A DNA stretch of 30,719 nt from Synechococcus sp. (GTDB lineage: Bacteria > Cyanobacteriota > Cyanobacteriia > Thermostichales > PCC-7336). The DNA lies in contig JBFRWN010000095.1 of NCBI GenBank assembly GCA_051439605.1, positions 1 through 30,719 of the forward strand, written 5' to 3'. A model generated the notes under the pieces. It was not told the origin of the DNA, ran no database searches, and worked only from the letters and a program-made list of their open reading frames with translations. Positions within the stretch are counted from its first letter, which is position 1; each line of letters starts with the position of its first letter. Shown here in pieces: positions 20,123-30,130 of this stretch. A program made the translations under genes and the position numbers.

Positions 20123-20601
20123 ATGGTCTCCGAGCCACAAACCGGATCTTTCCTACGGGCATTAGCCGCATCCAAACCAGCTGCAAACCTACTAGAACTG
20201 GGCACCGGTACGGGACGTCTGCTGCTTGGCTGCTGGACGGTATGGACGCCACTTCCCAACTGGATTCCGTTGATATCGATGGGCAGGTGATGGAAGTCGC
20301 AGAAAGCATTCTGGGGCATGAGGAGCGCCTCTTGCTCCATCAATGCGACGGGGCCGAGTTCCTGCAAACCTGTATGCCGCAAACCTACGATCTCATTTTT
20401 GCCGATGCCTGGCCCGGCAAATGCTCACATCTCGATGATGCGATCGCCGCACTGCGCATTGGCGGAATTTACGTTGTGGATGACCTATTGTCTCAACCCA
20501 ACTGGCCAGAGGGCCACAGCCGCCCCCAGAAAGTCCTATCGATACAAGGACTCGAACGCGACGAACTGCACGCTAGGCTCGACCAACTGCTAGCTCAGTG
20601 A
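20123..20601 (+). pseudogene. Frameshifted, truncated class I SAM-dependent (O-)methyltransferase
   Basis: MVSEPQTGSFLRALAASKPAANLLELGTGTG, one base missing near 20216, then SAAWLLDGMD...YDLIFADAWPGK...GGIYVVDD. Confidence 0.8.
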
Positions 20602-21609
20602 TGAAGATCGGGGGCGATTGTTATTAAAGTTGCCAACAATGGCTCGATTAACAGCCACATATCCTTCCTCTACATGCGTCAGATGCTCTTTCAGAACTTG
20701 ATGGGCATCCCCCAAAGAGTGGAACGGAATAGAAGGACAAAAATGATGCTCTGCATGAAAGGGCATATTCCACAACAACAATCGCAGGGGAACCCAAGTC
20801 AGCGTAGTCCGAGTATTGGTCAACAAATTGCCATCCAGACTGCAGCCCGTATGCTCCGCCAGCAAAATCAACCGCAACAGCGGCTGCCCAACTGCCAATG
20901 GCAACAACCAACCCAGCACAAACCAAGTCTGCCGAAAATAAACGCAAGCGGCGATCGCGCAGCCATACACCATTAGCTGGAGCTGCATCGACCGCTGCAC
21001 CTCTCTTCGTGCCGTTTCCGGAATATAGGAGAATCCGGCCATCTGACCGGTGGCGCAGAGAAAATGGGTCTGCAATTTGCCCATCCACCAAGGAATACCG
21101 CTGACATGCCAAAGATATTCCCGCCAGTTGCTTGGAATAAGGTCAGTGAGCTCGGGATCTTTATTTGGAATACGGGTATAGCGATGGTGCCACTGGTGAT
21201 AGCGCCGGTAAAACGTGCTGTTGTAAAACGACAGAACGCCAGCCAACCAGGCAATCAGGTCGTTCGCCCGACGATTGGCAAAGGCTGTACGGTGCACACA
21301 TTCGTGCAGTGGCATGAACGTCGTTGCCACTGCAAACCCGTACAGAACTAAGGCAGGCAATCCTATCCATAACTGGTCCGTATGAGTCATCCAGCAATAG
21401 CCGCTCGCTCCCAACAGGCTCAAATGGGTGATCGCCTGTACTGCCCCCTTGATGTTCGATCGCCGGTTGAGTTGCTCTAATCCCTCCCGAGCGAACACTT
21501 GCTGAGGAGATAAACGAGCAAACGCAATGGCCGAAGTGCCCTCGCTGGCAGATGCGAATTGCACTGTATGGGGGGTAAGGGGAGAGGATGCGTTGGGTTC
21601 GTGCAACAT
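20590..21609 (-). CDS. Membrane fatty acid desaturase / hydrocarbon oxygenase family protein (MocD-like)
   Basis: Three His boxes HECVH, HQWHH, HAEHH plus LAEHTG. Confidence 0.88.
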   Translation of the reverse strand: MLHEPNASSPLTPHTVQFASASEGTSAIAFARLSPQQVFAREGLEQLNRRSNIKGAVQAITHLSLLGASGYCWMTHTDQLWIGLPALVLYGFAVATTFMPLHECVHRTAFANRRANDLIAWLAGVLSFYNSTFYRRYHQWHHRYTRIPNKDPELTDLIPSNWREYLWHVSGIPWWMGKLQTHFLCATGQMAGFSYIPETARREVQRSMQLQLMVYGCAIAACVYFRQTWFVLGWLLPLAVGQPLLRLILLAEHTGCSLDGNLLTNTRTTLTWVPLRLLLWNMPFHAEHHFCPSIPFHSLGDAHQVLKEHLTHVEEGYVAVNRAIVGNFNNNRPRSSSLS

Positions 21610-21676
21610 CGGGTGGATGGAGATTGGAGCTGAAAATCTTGTTAAATGCCAGTTGATGCTCTTGGTGTCAGGCGAG

Positions 21677-22324
21677 CTAGCTCAACTCGCAAATCAGCAA
21701 TCGACTCAAAAAGAAGTAGGTCATCTTCCAGCCGTATGGGGAGTTCCACAAGCGGGCTGGGAAACCACCAACCGGTGCCTGCAAGGAGTAATCTAGTTCG
21801 TCGCAGCGCAACCAGCTGTCGTTGGCTCTCCATCCGAGACGTTCTCCCCATTGCTCGATGACAGTGCGATCCTGCGCGATCGTGGATTCGAGAGTGCCAC
21901 CCAGGTCTTGAAAAGCCTGCAGTTGGGGACTGAACCCAAAGCGATCGCCGCTATAGGTTGTCCACAACCGGTCAATCGCCTGCAGTTGACTGCAGGGAAA
22001 ACCGCGAATTTTTTCAGGACGCAGGGCATTTAATTCTGGAACACCTGCAATCTCTACAATCAGGGCGATTGTTTCGCGATCGGCATTATCCCAGTCTTGC
22101 GCCTCAAGATAAGCTTGCAACTTTTGATAAAGATAGACATCGCTTGCCGCGAGTAACTGCTTCTCGATACGGTCAACTTTGTCTGATAAAGGTTGCAGCT
22201 TTTTCAGTGTGGCCATCACCTCAGATAGTTGGCTGCCAATCTGACTCAACTGGGTTTCTAGGTTCGAAGACTCGACCGGTATGGAGGGATTGGCGTTGGA
22301 ATTATCTGGGATGGAATTATCCAT
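21677..22324 (-). CDS. GUN4 domain-containing protein with N-terminal coiled coil
   Basis: LQAYLEAQDWDNADRET, FPCSQLQAIDRLWTTYSGDRFGFSPQ, APVGGFP. Confidence 0.88.
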   Translation of the reverse strand: MDNSIPDNSNANPSIPVESSNLETQLSQIGSQLSEVMATLKKLQPLSDKVDRIEKQLLAASDVYLYQKLQAYLEAQDWDNADRETIALIVEIAGVPELNALRPEKIRGFPCSQLQAIDRLWTTYSGDRFGFSPQLQAFQDLGGTLESTIAQDRTVIEQWGERLGWRANDSWLRCDELDYSLQAPVGGFPARLWNSPYGWKMTYFFLSRLLICELS

Positions 22325-22542
22325 AGGGTTGCCTGCTCTCGCGCTAGTGCACCTTGGAGTTCTAGCACACCCGAAGTAAGGATTCAGTTAATTTTGAGCA
22401 ATACCCAAATCGTGCTTAGTTTTGGAAATAAACAGCGATTGCGGGTCCACATCGAGATCTGGATTTTTTAATGGAGTGTCTCCGGAGATAACAATTTCTT
22501 CCTAGATTTGAATTTGGGGAAAGGTAGAGCGGCATCCGAATT

Positions 22543-22611
22543 GAAACCCTAAAATCTCTGAAAACTCTAAAATCTTTGAAAACTCTAAAATCTTTAAAAC
22601 CCTAAAATCTC
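22543..22611. repeat. About four imperfect 17-18 bp tandem repeats overlapping a stop codon
   Basis: GAAACCCTAAAATCTCT / GAAAACTCTAAAATCTTT x2 / AAAACCCTAAAATCTC. Confidence 0.85.
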
Positions 22612-23300
22612 AAGTCAATGACGATGGACCCAATCACCGCATCATCGCGATATTCGGTGGTCTCCCGATAGCTAGACGTTTCCGATTCGTCATAGACCCC
22701 AGCAAAACTAGCGGAATTCGTCAGTACCTCCGGTTGGATCCAATAATTCGCCCATGGAAAGTCCTCGAACCTCAACCCCTCCCGCGACTCCGCTTCCAGG
22801 TTGTATCCCAACGTTGCCGAGCCATAAACCCCTTCTGCAGCAGCAATCGAGGACCCCGGCCCAATTCCCGCCGCTGTCATAACTCGTGGGTTTTCGGTGA
22901 CCAGATATTCAATCTTGTCGCTGTCCTGCATCGGCTGCCAATTGCCATACATGATATAGAAAACCACCTCGTCCCCATCCAGCACCGGAATCGCATCAAA
23001 ATCCACCAAAAATGGCTCCGGCTCTCCTAAGGTCAATCGATTCCCCAACGTTTGCCGCAGCTCCCCCAACGTCATTCCCAACCGAGCCGGTCCCATCGAA
23101 TCAGAGGTAATCAAATATTCGGGTTCTTCCACAGGTTCGGGCAACAGGCCCACTTCGCCTTCTACCTTCTTTGACTCCACAGTGCCAGGGGTAGGGCTAG
23201 GGGACTCGCTTACGGTGGGGTCTTCTACTCTGGCTGAAGGCTTGAACAATCCGCACCCCGCGATCGCCAACAGTCCCACCCACAACATCCACTTGTGCAT
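22602..23300 (-). CDS. Hypothetical lipoprotein
   Basis: Lipobox LLAIAGC, Pro/Ser/Glu linker, then domain with GPARLGMTLGEL and GIGPGSSI motifs. Confidence 0.8.
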   Translation of the reverse strand: MHKWMLWVGLLAIAGCGLFKPSARVEDPTVSESPSPTPGTVESKKVEGEVGLLPEPVEEPEYLITSDSMGPARLGMTLGELRQTLGNRLTLGEPEPFLVDFDAIPVLDGDEVVFYIMYGNWQPMQDSDKIEYLVTENPRVMTAAGIGPGSSIAAAEGVYGSATLGYNLEAESREGLRFEDFPWANYWIQPEVLTNSASFAGVYDESETSSYRETTEYRDDAVIGSIVIDLRF

Positions 23301-23384
23301 GACTGTTATCTCCTCGTTACATGGATCCTACCAACCTTATTTCGGCAACGGTACAGGAAAGGAACTGAGCCAGCCCTCTAATGC

Positions 23385-25685
23385 TCAGCGTTCGGGAGAC
23401 GATGCTCTAACCCGTCGTAAATCCAGCAGGCTGGGATATTCAGAGGAAATGGGTACGGAATGGCAAGGGACTGTTTCAGGGCGGGGACCGTGGGGAACGA
23501 AACGCTGTGCCATCCGCTCTGCTGCTTCTTCAGGGGTTTGGGGTAATTCGCGAGCGATGTCGAGTTGCGAATTGGGATAGTACGAACAGCCCCCCAGCGA
23601 TCGCCCTGGACGGCGATCTACCACCTCAAACGTGAGGCAAGGGTGAGGGACAAGAGCGGGATGAGAAGTTGCTATTGTTTGGTGGACGCGAAACCGAACC
23701 CCTCCCACCCGCACGCCGGGGATATTGCTGTCGGTGAAGGGGATGACACAGCCGTTGCAGGTGACGTCAAAGCGGTGGGTTTGCTCACCCTCAGGGCCCT
23801 GAAACCTCACCTGCACCCGTTCTAGCGAGGCATCCACCGTGCGAGAGGTACCGCCATTGTTGGCCTCGCCGTCAATAGCATTCCAGGGCTCGATCGCCTG
23901 CCGCAACTGCAGCTGAAGGGTTTCCCCTCCATCCATCTCAAGCGTGACCTCCCCATAGACCGGAAAACGAAAGTCGAAATACGGTTCGAACCACTCTGGT
24001 TGAAAATGGAATCCCGCTTGGTTCAGATCGGCGAGAATCTCTCGCAAATCTTGACGAATGTAGTGGGGTAGCAAAAAGCGATCGTGTAACTGGGTTCCCC
24101 ACCGAATTAAGGGGTCGGTGTAGGGCTGCTGCCAAAACATGGCCACGAGCGATCGCACCAGGAGTAGCTGCAGCGATCTGAGGGGGGCATTAGGAGGCAT
24201 GGCAAACCCCCGAAACTCCAGCAGTCCCAGTTGCAGGGCGGGGTTGCGCTGGGGATATAGCTTATCGATGCATAGGGCGGTGCGATGGGCATTTCCAGAA
24301 GAGTCCACCAGCAAATGACCAAGCAGACTGTCCAAGACTTCGGGCTCGACTTGCGCATCTGGATGCAATGCAGTGAAAGCCAACTCTAGCTCGTACAGCG
24401 TTTCCAGCCGCGCCTCATCCAGCCTTGGGGCAGGGCTGGTGGGCCCGACAAATTTTCCAGAAAAAAGATAGGACAGGCTGGGGTGATTTTGCCAATAGCC
24501 CATCAAACTGCGCAGCAAATCGGGCCGACGCAATAGGGGACTGCTTTGCGGCGTGTGCCCACCAATTGTGATATGTGCACCGCCCCCCGTACCGCTCCAG
24601 CGGCCATCCGTGGCCAACCTGCGAGCGCACAGGCCGCAAGCCCGCGCTTCTTTGTACAAAATCTCGGTTTGTTCCACGAGATCCCCCCAGTTATCCATCG
24701 GATGGATGTTCACCTCCAGTACCCCAGGATCGGGGGTGAGTTGAAACCCGCAGATGCCTGCGTTGGCGGGTGGGGGATAGCCCTCAATCAGGAGGCGGGT
24801 ATTGGTAACCTGCGCGGTCCGTTCGATCGCCTGCAGCAAGTCAACGTAGCTGCGGGGTGAGGAGAGAGGGGGCAGAAAGACCCGAAGCGTTCCTAAACGG
24901 ACTTCTAAACCCAGGGCGATCCCAATGGAATTTGGCGGGGAGTCTAGTGGAGGACCTGCGGTGACAATGGGGTTGTCCTCCAGATGCGCTTGGGCTTCTT
25001 CCGCGAGGGGGTCTGACCAGTCGATCGCCTGCAGGGGCAGTCGCAATCCAAGTTGTGATCGCCCCTGCAGCAACCGCAGGATCTTCAATTCATCCGATAG
25101 TATCCAGCGGCAGGTACTCCAGCGTAGTTCTCCCCCGCGAAGCTCTCCCGAATGACGCACGGGTAGCAGTGGCAACACATAACCCGCCCATTCGTCACCC
25201 TCGCGATCGTGGACCGACATTAGTCCAGATGCACTCACCCCCAATTGCCGGACAAGTTCGCTGGCAAACTGTTCCGCAGTGGCTTGAGTATGACCACAAT
25301 CTGTGGCCTCCTGCGCCTGCAGTTGGGGATCGGTCCAAAGGGGAACTCCATCCTGTCGCCAATAACAGCCGAGCGCCCAGCGGGGAGCCTCTTCCCCGGG
25401 ATAAAGCTTGCCAAGACCGTAATGTTTGAGAGAGCCTGGAGCTGAAAAGCGTTGCTCCAGCTGTCTCAGCAACCGGGCAGCGATGCGCAGTTTCTCGTCC
25501 CCTAAGGCTTCTGTACGCCACTGGGGAGATTCAAAATCTTTGCTGGAGACGAATGTGGGTTCCCCCCCCATCGTTAATCCCACAACAGCATCTTGCAGCA
25601 ATCTGTCCACTTGGTGGCCTATCGCCGCTATACGCTGCCATTCTGATGCGGTGTAGGGGGAAGAAAAGAAGCGGATAGGAGGCAT
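23385..25685 (-). CDS. DUF2126-type putative amidoligase without transglutaminase domain
   Basis: LTMGGEPTFVS, GKLYPGEEAPRWA, TPDPGVLEVNIHP, SPLLRRPDLLRS, HPSLSYLFSG, CIDKLY, LGLLEFRGF. Confidence 0.85.
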   Translation of the reverse strand: MPPIRFFSSPYTASEWQRIAAIGHQVDRLLQDAVVGLTMGGEPTFVSSKDFESPQWRTEALGDEKLRIAARLLRQLEQRFSAPGSLKHYGLGKLYPGEEAPRWALGCYWRQDGVPLWTDPQLQAQEATDCGHTQATAEQFASELVRQLGVSASGLMSVHDREGDEWAGYVLPLLPVRHSGELRGGELRWSTCRWILSDELKILRLLQGRSQLGLRLPLQAIDWSDPLAEEAQAHLEDNPIVTAGPPLDSPPNSIGIALGLEVRLGTLRVFLPPLSSPRSYVDLLQAIERTAQVTNTRLLIEGYPPPANAGICGFQLTPDPGVLEVNIHPMDNWGDLVEQTEILYKEARACGLCARRLATDGRWSGTGGGAHITIGGHTPQSSPLLRRPDLLRSLMGYWQNHPSLSYLFSGKFVGPTSPAPRLDEARLETLYELELAFTALHPDAQVEPEVLDSLLGHLLVDSSGNAHRTALCIDKLYPQRNPALQLGLLEFRGFAMPPNAPLRSLQLLLVRSLVAMFWQQPYTDPLIRWGTQLHDRFLLPHYIRQDLREILADLNQAGFHFQPEWFEPYFDFRFPVYGEVTLEMDGGETLQLQLRQAIEPWNAIDGEANNGGTSRTVDASLERVQVRFQGPEGEQTHRFDVTCNGCVIPFTDSNIPGVRVGGVRFRVHQTIATSHPALVPHPCLTFEVVDRRPGRSLGGCSYYPNSQLDIARELPQTPEEAAERMAQRFVPHGPRPETVPCHSVPISSEYPSLLDLRRVRASSPER

Positions 25686-25897
25686 ACGGATCGAGCCAGC
25701 AATTCGCTTGTCATAGGTTTACACCATCTTGTCAATTCATGCTCGCAGACACAACCAATCTTTTCGCTCAGAGATCGCCTCTGTAGGCCTCTTGAGGTTC
25801 GAAATTCGCACTCGAGTCTTGTGTGTAGCTCAACCTCAATTCCCACTGGGGGGAAGTCCCGCTAAGCTAACCATCAGTTACTGCAACTGCGCCCGCC

Positions 25898-26743
25898 ATG
25901 TCTTTGAAGCAAACTGCCAGACATCGGTGCTTTGCTGGCACCGTCGAGGTTTATCAGCATCACTCAACGGCCTGCAACAGCCCGATGGCGTTCTCGATAT
26001 ATTTGCCACCGCAAGCGAACACTGAACGCTGCCCCGCGCTCTATTTCCTCTCTGGACTGACCTGTACGGAGGCTAATTTTATAACCAAAGCTGGAGCTCA
26101 GCAGTACGCGGCGAAGTACGGCATTGTCTTGGTGGTCCCCGACACCAGTCCCCGAAATACCGGCATTGCAGGAGAAGACGAGCGCTGGGATGTGGGCACC
26201 GGAGCAGGGTTTTACGTGGATGCCATCTGCGATCCGTGGAGCCGGCATTACCGTACCTACAGCTATGTGGTTGAGGAATTGCCTCAATTGATCGGACGCG
26301 AGTTTGCTGTAGACAGCAATCGTCAAAGCATTTTTGGCCACTCTATGGGCGGGCATGGAGCCTTGGTTTGTGCCTTCAAAAATCCCGATCGCTATCGGTC
26401 GGTATCGGCGTTTGCACCCATTTGCGCTCCCACCCAATGTCCTTGGGGAGAGTTGGCGTTTAAGACTTATCTAGGGAGCAATCGCGATCGATGGAATGCC
26501 TACGATGCCTGTGAGTTGATTGCCAGTACCGCCTGGGATCGCCCCCTCCTGATCGATCAGGGGGCTGCCGATACTTTTTTGGAACAGCAACAACTGCGAC
26601 CGGATCTGTTACAGCAAGCTTGTGAAAAGCGTCAGCTGCCTCTGACGCTGCGCATGCAGGAGGGCTACGACCATAGTTACTACTTCATTTCTACGTTTGT
26701 GGGGGATCATTTGGAGTTTCATGCCCAGTATCTGATCAACTAA
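25898..26743 (+). CDS. fghA: S-formylglutathione hydrolase
   Basis: LSGLTCTE, PDTSPR, GHSMGGHGAL, GYDHSYYFI. Confidence 0.95.
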   Translation: MSLKQTARHRCFAGTVEVYQHHSTACNSPMAFSIYLPPQANTERCPALYFLSGLTCTEANFITKAGAQQYAAKYGIVLVVPDTSPRNTGIAGEDERWDVGTGAGFYVDAICDPWSRHYRTYSYVVEELPQLIGREFAVDSNRQSIFGHSMGGHGALVCAFKNPDRYRSVSAFAPICAPTQCPWGELAFKTYLGSNRDRWNAYDACELIASTAWDRPLLIDQGAADTFLEQQQLRPDLLQQACEKRQLPLTLRMQEGYDHSYYFISTFVGDHLEFHAQYLIN

Positions 26744-28101
26744 TTTGACGCAATCTGCTTGAAGTGAACTTTCAAACCATCTTTTGGAATAGGGGTTGGA
26801 GCGATTGTATAGTCGAGATTTTGATCGGGTAACAGCTCCCAATCGTAGTTCCGCAGAAGCTTAGCAGCAAAGATTTTCATCTCTAAACGGGCAAACTCCT
26901 TCCCCAAACATTCTCGCAATCCCCCTCCAAACGGGACGTGGCTAAAGGGCTTGGCTTTATCCTCCCTGCGATCGCCACCAAATCGGTCGGGGTCAAAGCG
27001 TTCCGGCTGCTCATAAGTCTCTGGATCTTGGTGGGTGAGGTTGATTTGATAGAGCACTGTCCACCCCGCAGGCAGTTGATAGCCGCCGTACTCGCAGGTC
27101 TGCAGTACCTTGCGGAAACCACCACCTACGGGGGGCACCACCCGCAATACCTCTTTCAACACCTGTTCTAGATACGTCATCTGCTTGAGGGTCTCCAGCG
27201 TCAGTTCCCGCTCCTGCAAAGCCGCTTGCTCCGCCCGAGCCACCGCTTTCATCTCTGGATTTTGGGCGATCTTGAGACAGAACGATGCCAGTGACGAGGT
27301 GAGAGTTTCGTGTCCCGCAAACAACAATAGCAACACCTGATCTTTGAGTTCTTCAATGCTGAGACCTTCGCCATTCTCATCTCGAGCATTCAGCAATAGT
27401 TCTAGTGCGTCTTTAGCTTCGGGCTGTCGATCTTGCGACTGCAGAATTCCCAACTGCTCGTTGGTCTGTTGGCGATCGCGAATCAGCCGCTCTAACTCTG
27501 CCAGTAAGAGATCTCGACTGCGTTTTGCCTTACCAAAAGCAGTCCAGGGCAGGTTGATGGGAAACGTGAACAATCCCGAACACCAAACTTCAAAGAGTTC
27601 TCCCAGGTCAGTCTCGGAGGCATTGTCCAACCCCACCAACAGCTTGCAGGCAATATCGAACGTATAGCGCCGCAGTTGAGGGTACCAAGTCAGGTGTGAA
27701 GCCTTCACCCATTGTGCGAAGTAGCGATCGCTAATGGCTTCCATCGTATTGATGTAGCCCGCCAATGCTCTGGGTTGAAAGGCTTGAGCCATCAGGCGAC
27801 GACGCTGAGAGTGGACTCCGCCAGTTTGCAAAGCTAGGGAAAGGGGGCCGAGGAGATCGCGCACGCTTGCAGGCCACGTTACGGCAAAGCGATCGCTTTC
27901 CTGACTAAATAAAAATCGATTAGCATCTGGCCCCTTCAAAAAGATTGTTGGCTGCCCCAGCAGGCGAGTTTTAAACAGTGGACCGTACTTGGCATGTTGT
28001 TTTTGGGCAAAATCGGGGTCGGTGAAAAAGTCGAGGGTTTTGCCAATCACAGGCAAACCAAAATCGCCTGGAGGCAAGGGAAGAGTCTGGGGTGAGGACA
28101 T
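26740..28101 (-). CDS. Cytochrome P450 (CYP120-like)
   Basis: PLPPGDFGLP, LLFAGHET, EVLR (ExxR), FDPDRF, FGGGLRECLG heme motif; ATG 28101 likely start. Confidence 0.95.
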   Translation of the reverse strand: MSSPQTLPLPPGDFGLPVIGKTLDFFTDPDFAQKQHAKYGPLFKTRLLGQPTIFLKGPDANRFLFSQESDRFAVTWPASVRDLLGPLSLALQTGGVHSQRRRLMAQAFQPRALAGYINTMEAISDRYFAQWVKASHLTWYPQLRRYTFDIACKLLVGLDNASETDLGELFEVWCSGLFTFPINLPWTAFGKAKRSRDLLLAELERLIRDRQQTNEQLGILQSQDRQPEAKDALELLLNARDENGEGLSIEELKDQVLLLLFAGHETLTSSLASFCLKIAQNPEMKAVARAEQAALQERELTLETLKQMTYLEQVLKEVLRVVPPVGGGFRKVLQTCEYGGYQLPAGWTVLYQINLTHQDPETYEQPERFDPDRFGGDRREDKAKPFSHVPFGGGLRECLGKEFARLEMKIFAAKLLRNYDWELLPDQNLDYTIAPTPIPKDGLKVHFKQIASN

Positions 28102-28328
28102 GGCGAATTGCGAGGAATGCTGAGTCTCGATCGTAACCTTCCAGCGAGCGATCTCGGCGACCTCGGCGGTCCGTACAACTGGCAAAATAAGCAGGCGTAC
28201 AAAACTGGCAGAGTTAGAATGTCCCAGCAAATGACTGATTTGGGAGACACAGCAGCTAGCCCAATACTGATGCATGGAGTCGGCTGTTTTGGCTGTTTTT
28301 TTAAATGGAAATCGTCTAAAAAATGCCG

Positions 28329-29030
28329 TTAGGGCTGCAAAATCATTGTCCAGCTGCGATCGCTTTCGTTCCAGTACGGAGCAACTGTCTCGGCAATGAC
28401 GTTGGGTCCCCAATAGCGGCGCGAACCATCAATGGCAAAGGCCACGATGACGTCTCCAGGCTGCACCATCAGCGGTTCCTGCTGGTTCAAGCTCAGGGTC
28501 AAGCCGTTGCTACCCCCCTCTCCAGGCTCAAAGTCCCAATGGGCTGGGGAGGCTCCGGAAGATCTATCGCGACGGTGCAACACCACCCGCAGCGGATGAG
28601 TGCTACGATTCCCCACCCGCAAGATGCCCTGCTGTTCGGCTAGTTCGTCAATGTCTTTTTGTTTTGTGAGATCCCGATCGTCTAACTCTTGTGCTTCTGA
28701 ACCGAGGTGTTCAGGATTTTGGTCGCCGGCATTTTCTGTTTTGATGGTGTCGCTATTATTGGGTAAGGAAATTGGTGGGTCTACCTCAGTAGAAACTTCT
28801 GCGAGTCCACCTTCATCCCATTGCCCAACGGTTTGGGCCTCTAAATTTTCGAGCTTGTCATAGTCTTCAGGCTTGTCATTCTCTTCAGGCTTGTCATTCT
28901 CTTCAACCGAATTGTCGTTTGCTGTTGTCTGTGCGAACGAAGTAAAACCCAGCGGTGTTACAACGCCTAGACCCCCCCCCACCACAGCCGCAATAGCCAC
29001 CTTCATTGCTCGCAATTGAATCCGTCTCAA
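28329..29030 (-). CDS. Hypothetical exported protein
   Basis: Signal peptide ending SFA-Q, acidic low-complexity region, C-terminal domain with HWDFEP and RRYWGPNV. Confidence 0.75.
   Translation of the reverse strand: MRRIQLRAMKVAIAAVVGGGLGVVTPLGFTSFAQTTANDNSVEENDKPEENDKPEDYDKLENLEAQTVGQWDEGGLAEVSTEVDPPISLPNNSDTIKTENAGDQNPEHLGSEAQELDDRDLTKQKDIDELAEQQGILRVGNRSTHPLRVVLHRRDRSSGASPAHWDFEPGEGGSNGLTLSLNQQEPLMVQPGDVIVAFAIDGSRRYWGPNVIAETVAPYWNESDRSWTMILQP
28853..28905. repeat. In-frame 18-bp tandem repeat (EENDKP)
   Basis: TCTTCAGGCTTGTCATTC x2 plus partial copies; protein EENDKP-EENDKP-EDYDK. Confidence 0.85.
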
Positions 29031-29243
29031 ATTCTTTCCTCGGGCATTAGTAGCGCCTGCAGGCTACATTTCCATGAAGGGGTAAATGTTGAGTACCGGC
29101 ATGCTGTGAATGTAGCTAAGCTAGCATGCAGCACAAGTCTGCGGAATGACCCAATTCATGAGTTAGCAGAAACAAGAAATCACCTTTATTCTTGAGTGCA
29201 GGGGATCAATCATGAGGCTAAGCTCAAAATGGTTGATTGTGCA

Positions 29244-29324
29244 GCATATCTCCTGAATTAACCGGCATTTTGAACCGTCGTTTTTGTAGGCTTTTAAATG
29301 CCGATCTTGATGGATTGGGTATGT
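29244..29324 (-). mobile_element. Degenerate integron attC-like site
   Basis: Minus strand ACATACC-CAATCCATCAAG...CCGGTTAATTCAGGA-GATATGC; inner inverted repeat CGGCATTT/AAATGCCG; overlaps the 3' end of the sulfotransferase; both core triplets deviate from AAC/GTT. Confidence 0.6.
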
Positions 29325-30100
29325 GAACCCAACCATGGTACTGGAGCTAACTCATTGTAATTGTTGATGCTGTATCCAAATTGGTTAGCCCTATCCTCAA
29401 GTTCTGGAGATACTCTATTCAATATTCGATGTAGTATATTTTTTCTGTCCTTCCCCCATCTCGCAAAATATTGATTGTTAACATTGATTCTAACATCACG
29501 AGTAATTCTGATAGGGTCGAGTCCCAAATAGCTATAAATGTCTTCAATCATGGCCTGTGGGTCACGTACAAATTCTTCGTACCTTAGAATGTATGCAGAA
29601 TCAATAAATTCCAAGTCTTTGAATAATATTTCATAGGCAAGAATTGAATGCTCTAATAATGATTTGATTGATGTTTTGCTCCATTTTTGAGTTGCATAAG
29701 AAACAGCCAGTGGATGCCGTAAAATTAAAATGAATTTAGAGTTGGGAAATAGTTTTTGCAAAAACCTTGTTTTGGTTATATTGGGCGGAGATTTTTCCAT
29801 TAAATACTTGCATGTTAGATCGTAATATTCGCTCCACTTTTGGAAAATTGTATTTGAACTTTCATCTGTCGCAAGTGGATGTGATTCATCCATATATGAC
29901 CTTTTATCGAATACAAATTTTCCTGGGCCACCAAAAACATTAGCTTCTTTATAGATAGTCTGTAAAAATTGTCCTTCGTCTTTTGGCACCCCAGTTTCTG
30001 AGAAACCGCTAATGTCGGAGTGGTCACGCATGATGGCGTGTAACAATGTTGTTCCACTCCGATGCAATCCAGCTAGGAATATAAAATCTCTATCTATCAT
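29294..30100 (-). CDS. Sulfotransferase family protein, AT-rich, probable gene cassette
   Basis: 5'-PSB motif FLAGLHRSGTTLL, EKSPPN, ILILRHPLAVSYA, LRYEEFVRDP. Confidence 0.9.
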   Translation of the reverse strand: MIDRDFIFLAGLHRSGTTLLHAIMRDHSDISGFSETGVPKDEGQFLQTIYKEANVFGGPGKFVFDKRSYMDESHPLATDESSNTIFQKWSEYYDLTCKYLMEKSPPNITKTRFLQKLFPNSKFILILRHPLAVSYATQKWSKTSIKSLLEHSILAYEILFKDLEFIDSAYILRYEEFVRDPQAMIEDIYSYLGLDPIRITRDVRINVNNQYFARWGKDRKNILHRILNRVSPELEDRANQFGYSINNYNELAPVPWLGSHTQSIKIGI

Positions 30101-30130
30101 TAGATTGTCCTTGATTGCAAAAAGTCCGAA

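Noticed and set aside
22543..22611. Possible CRISPR array
   Set aside because: Units are contiguous with no spacers, and no cas genes are present.
28102..28413. N-terminal extension of the P450 ORF (557 aa in the track)
   Set aside because: Overlaps the upstream gene; the typical PLPPG start follows ATG 28101.
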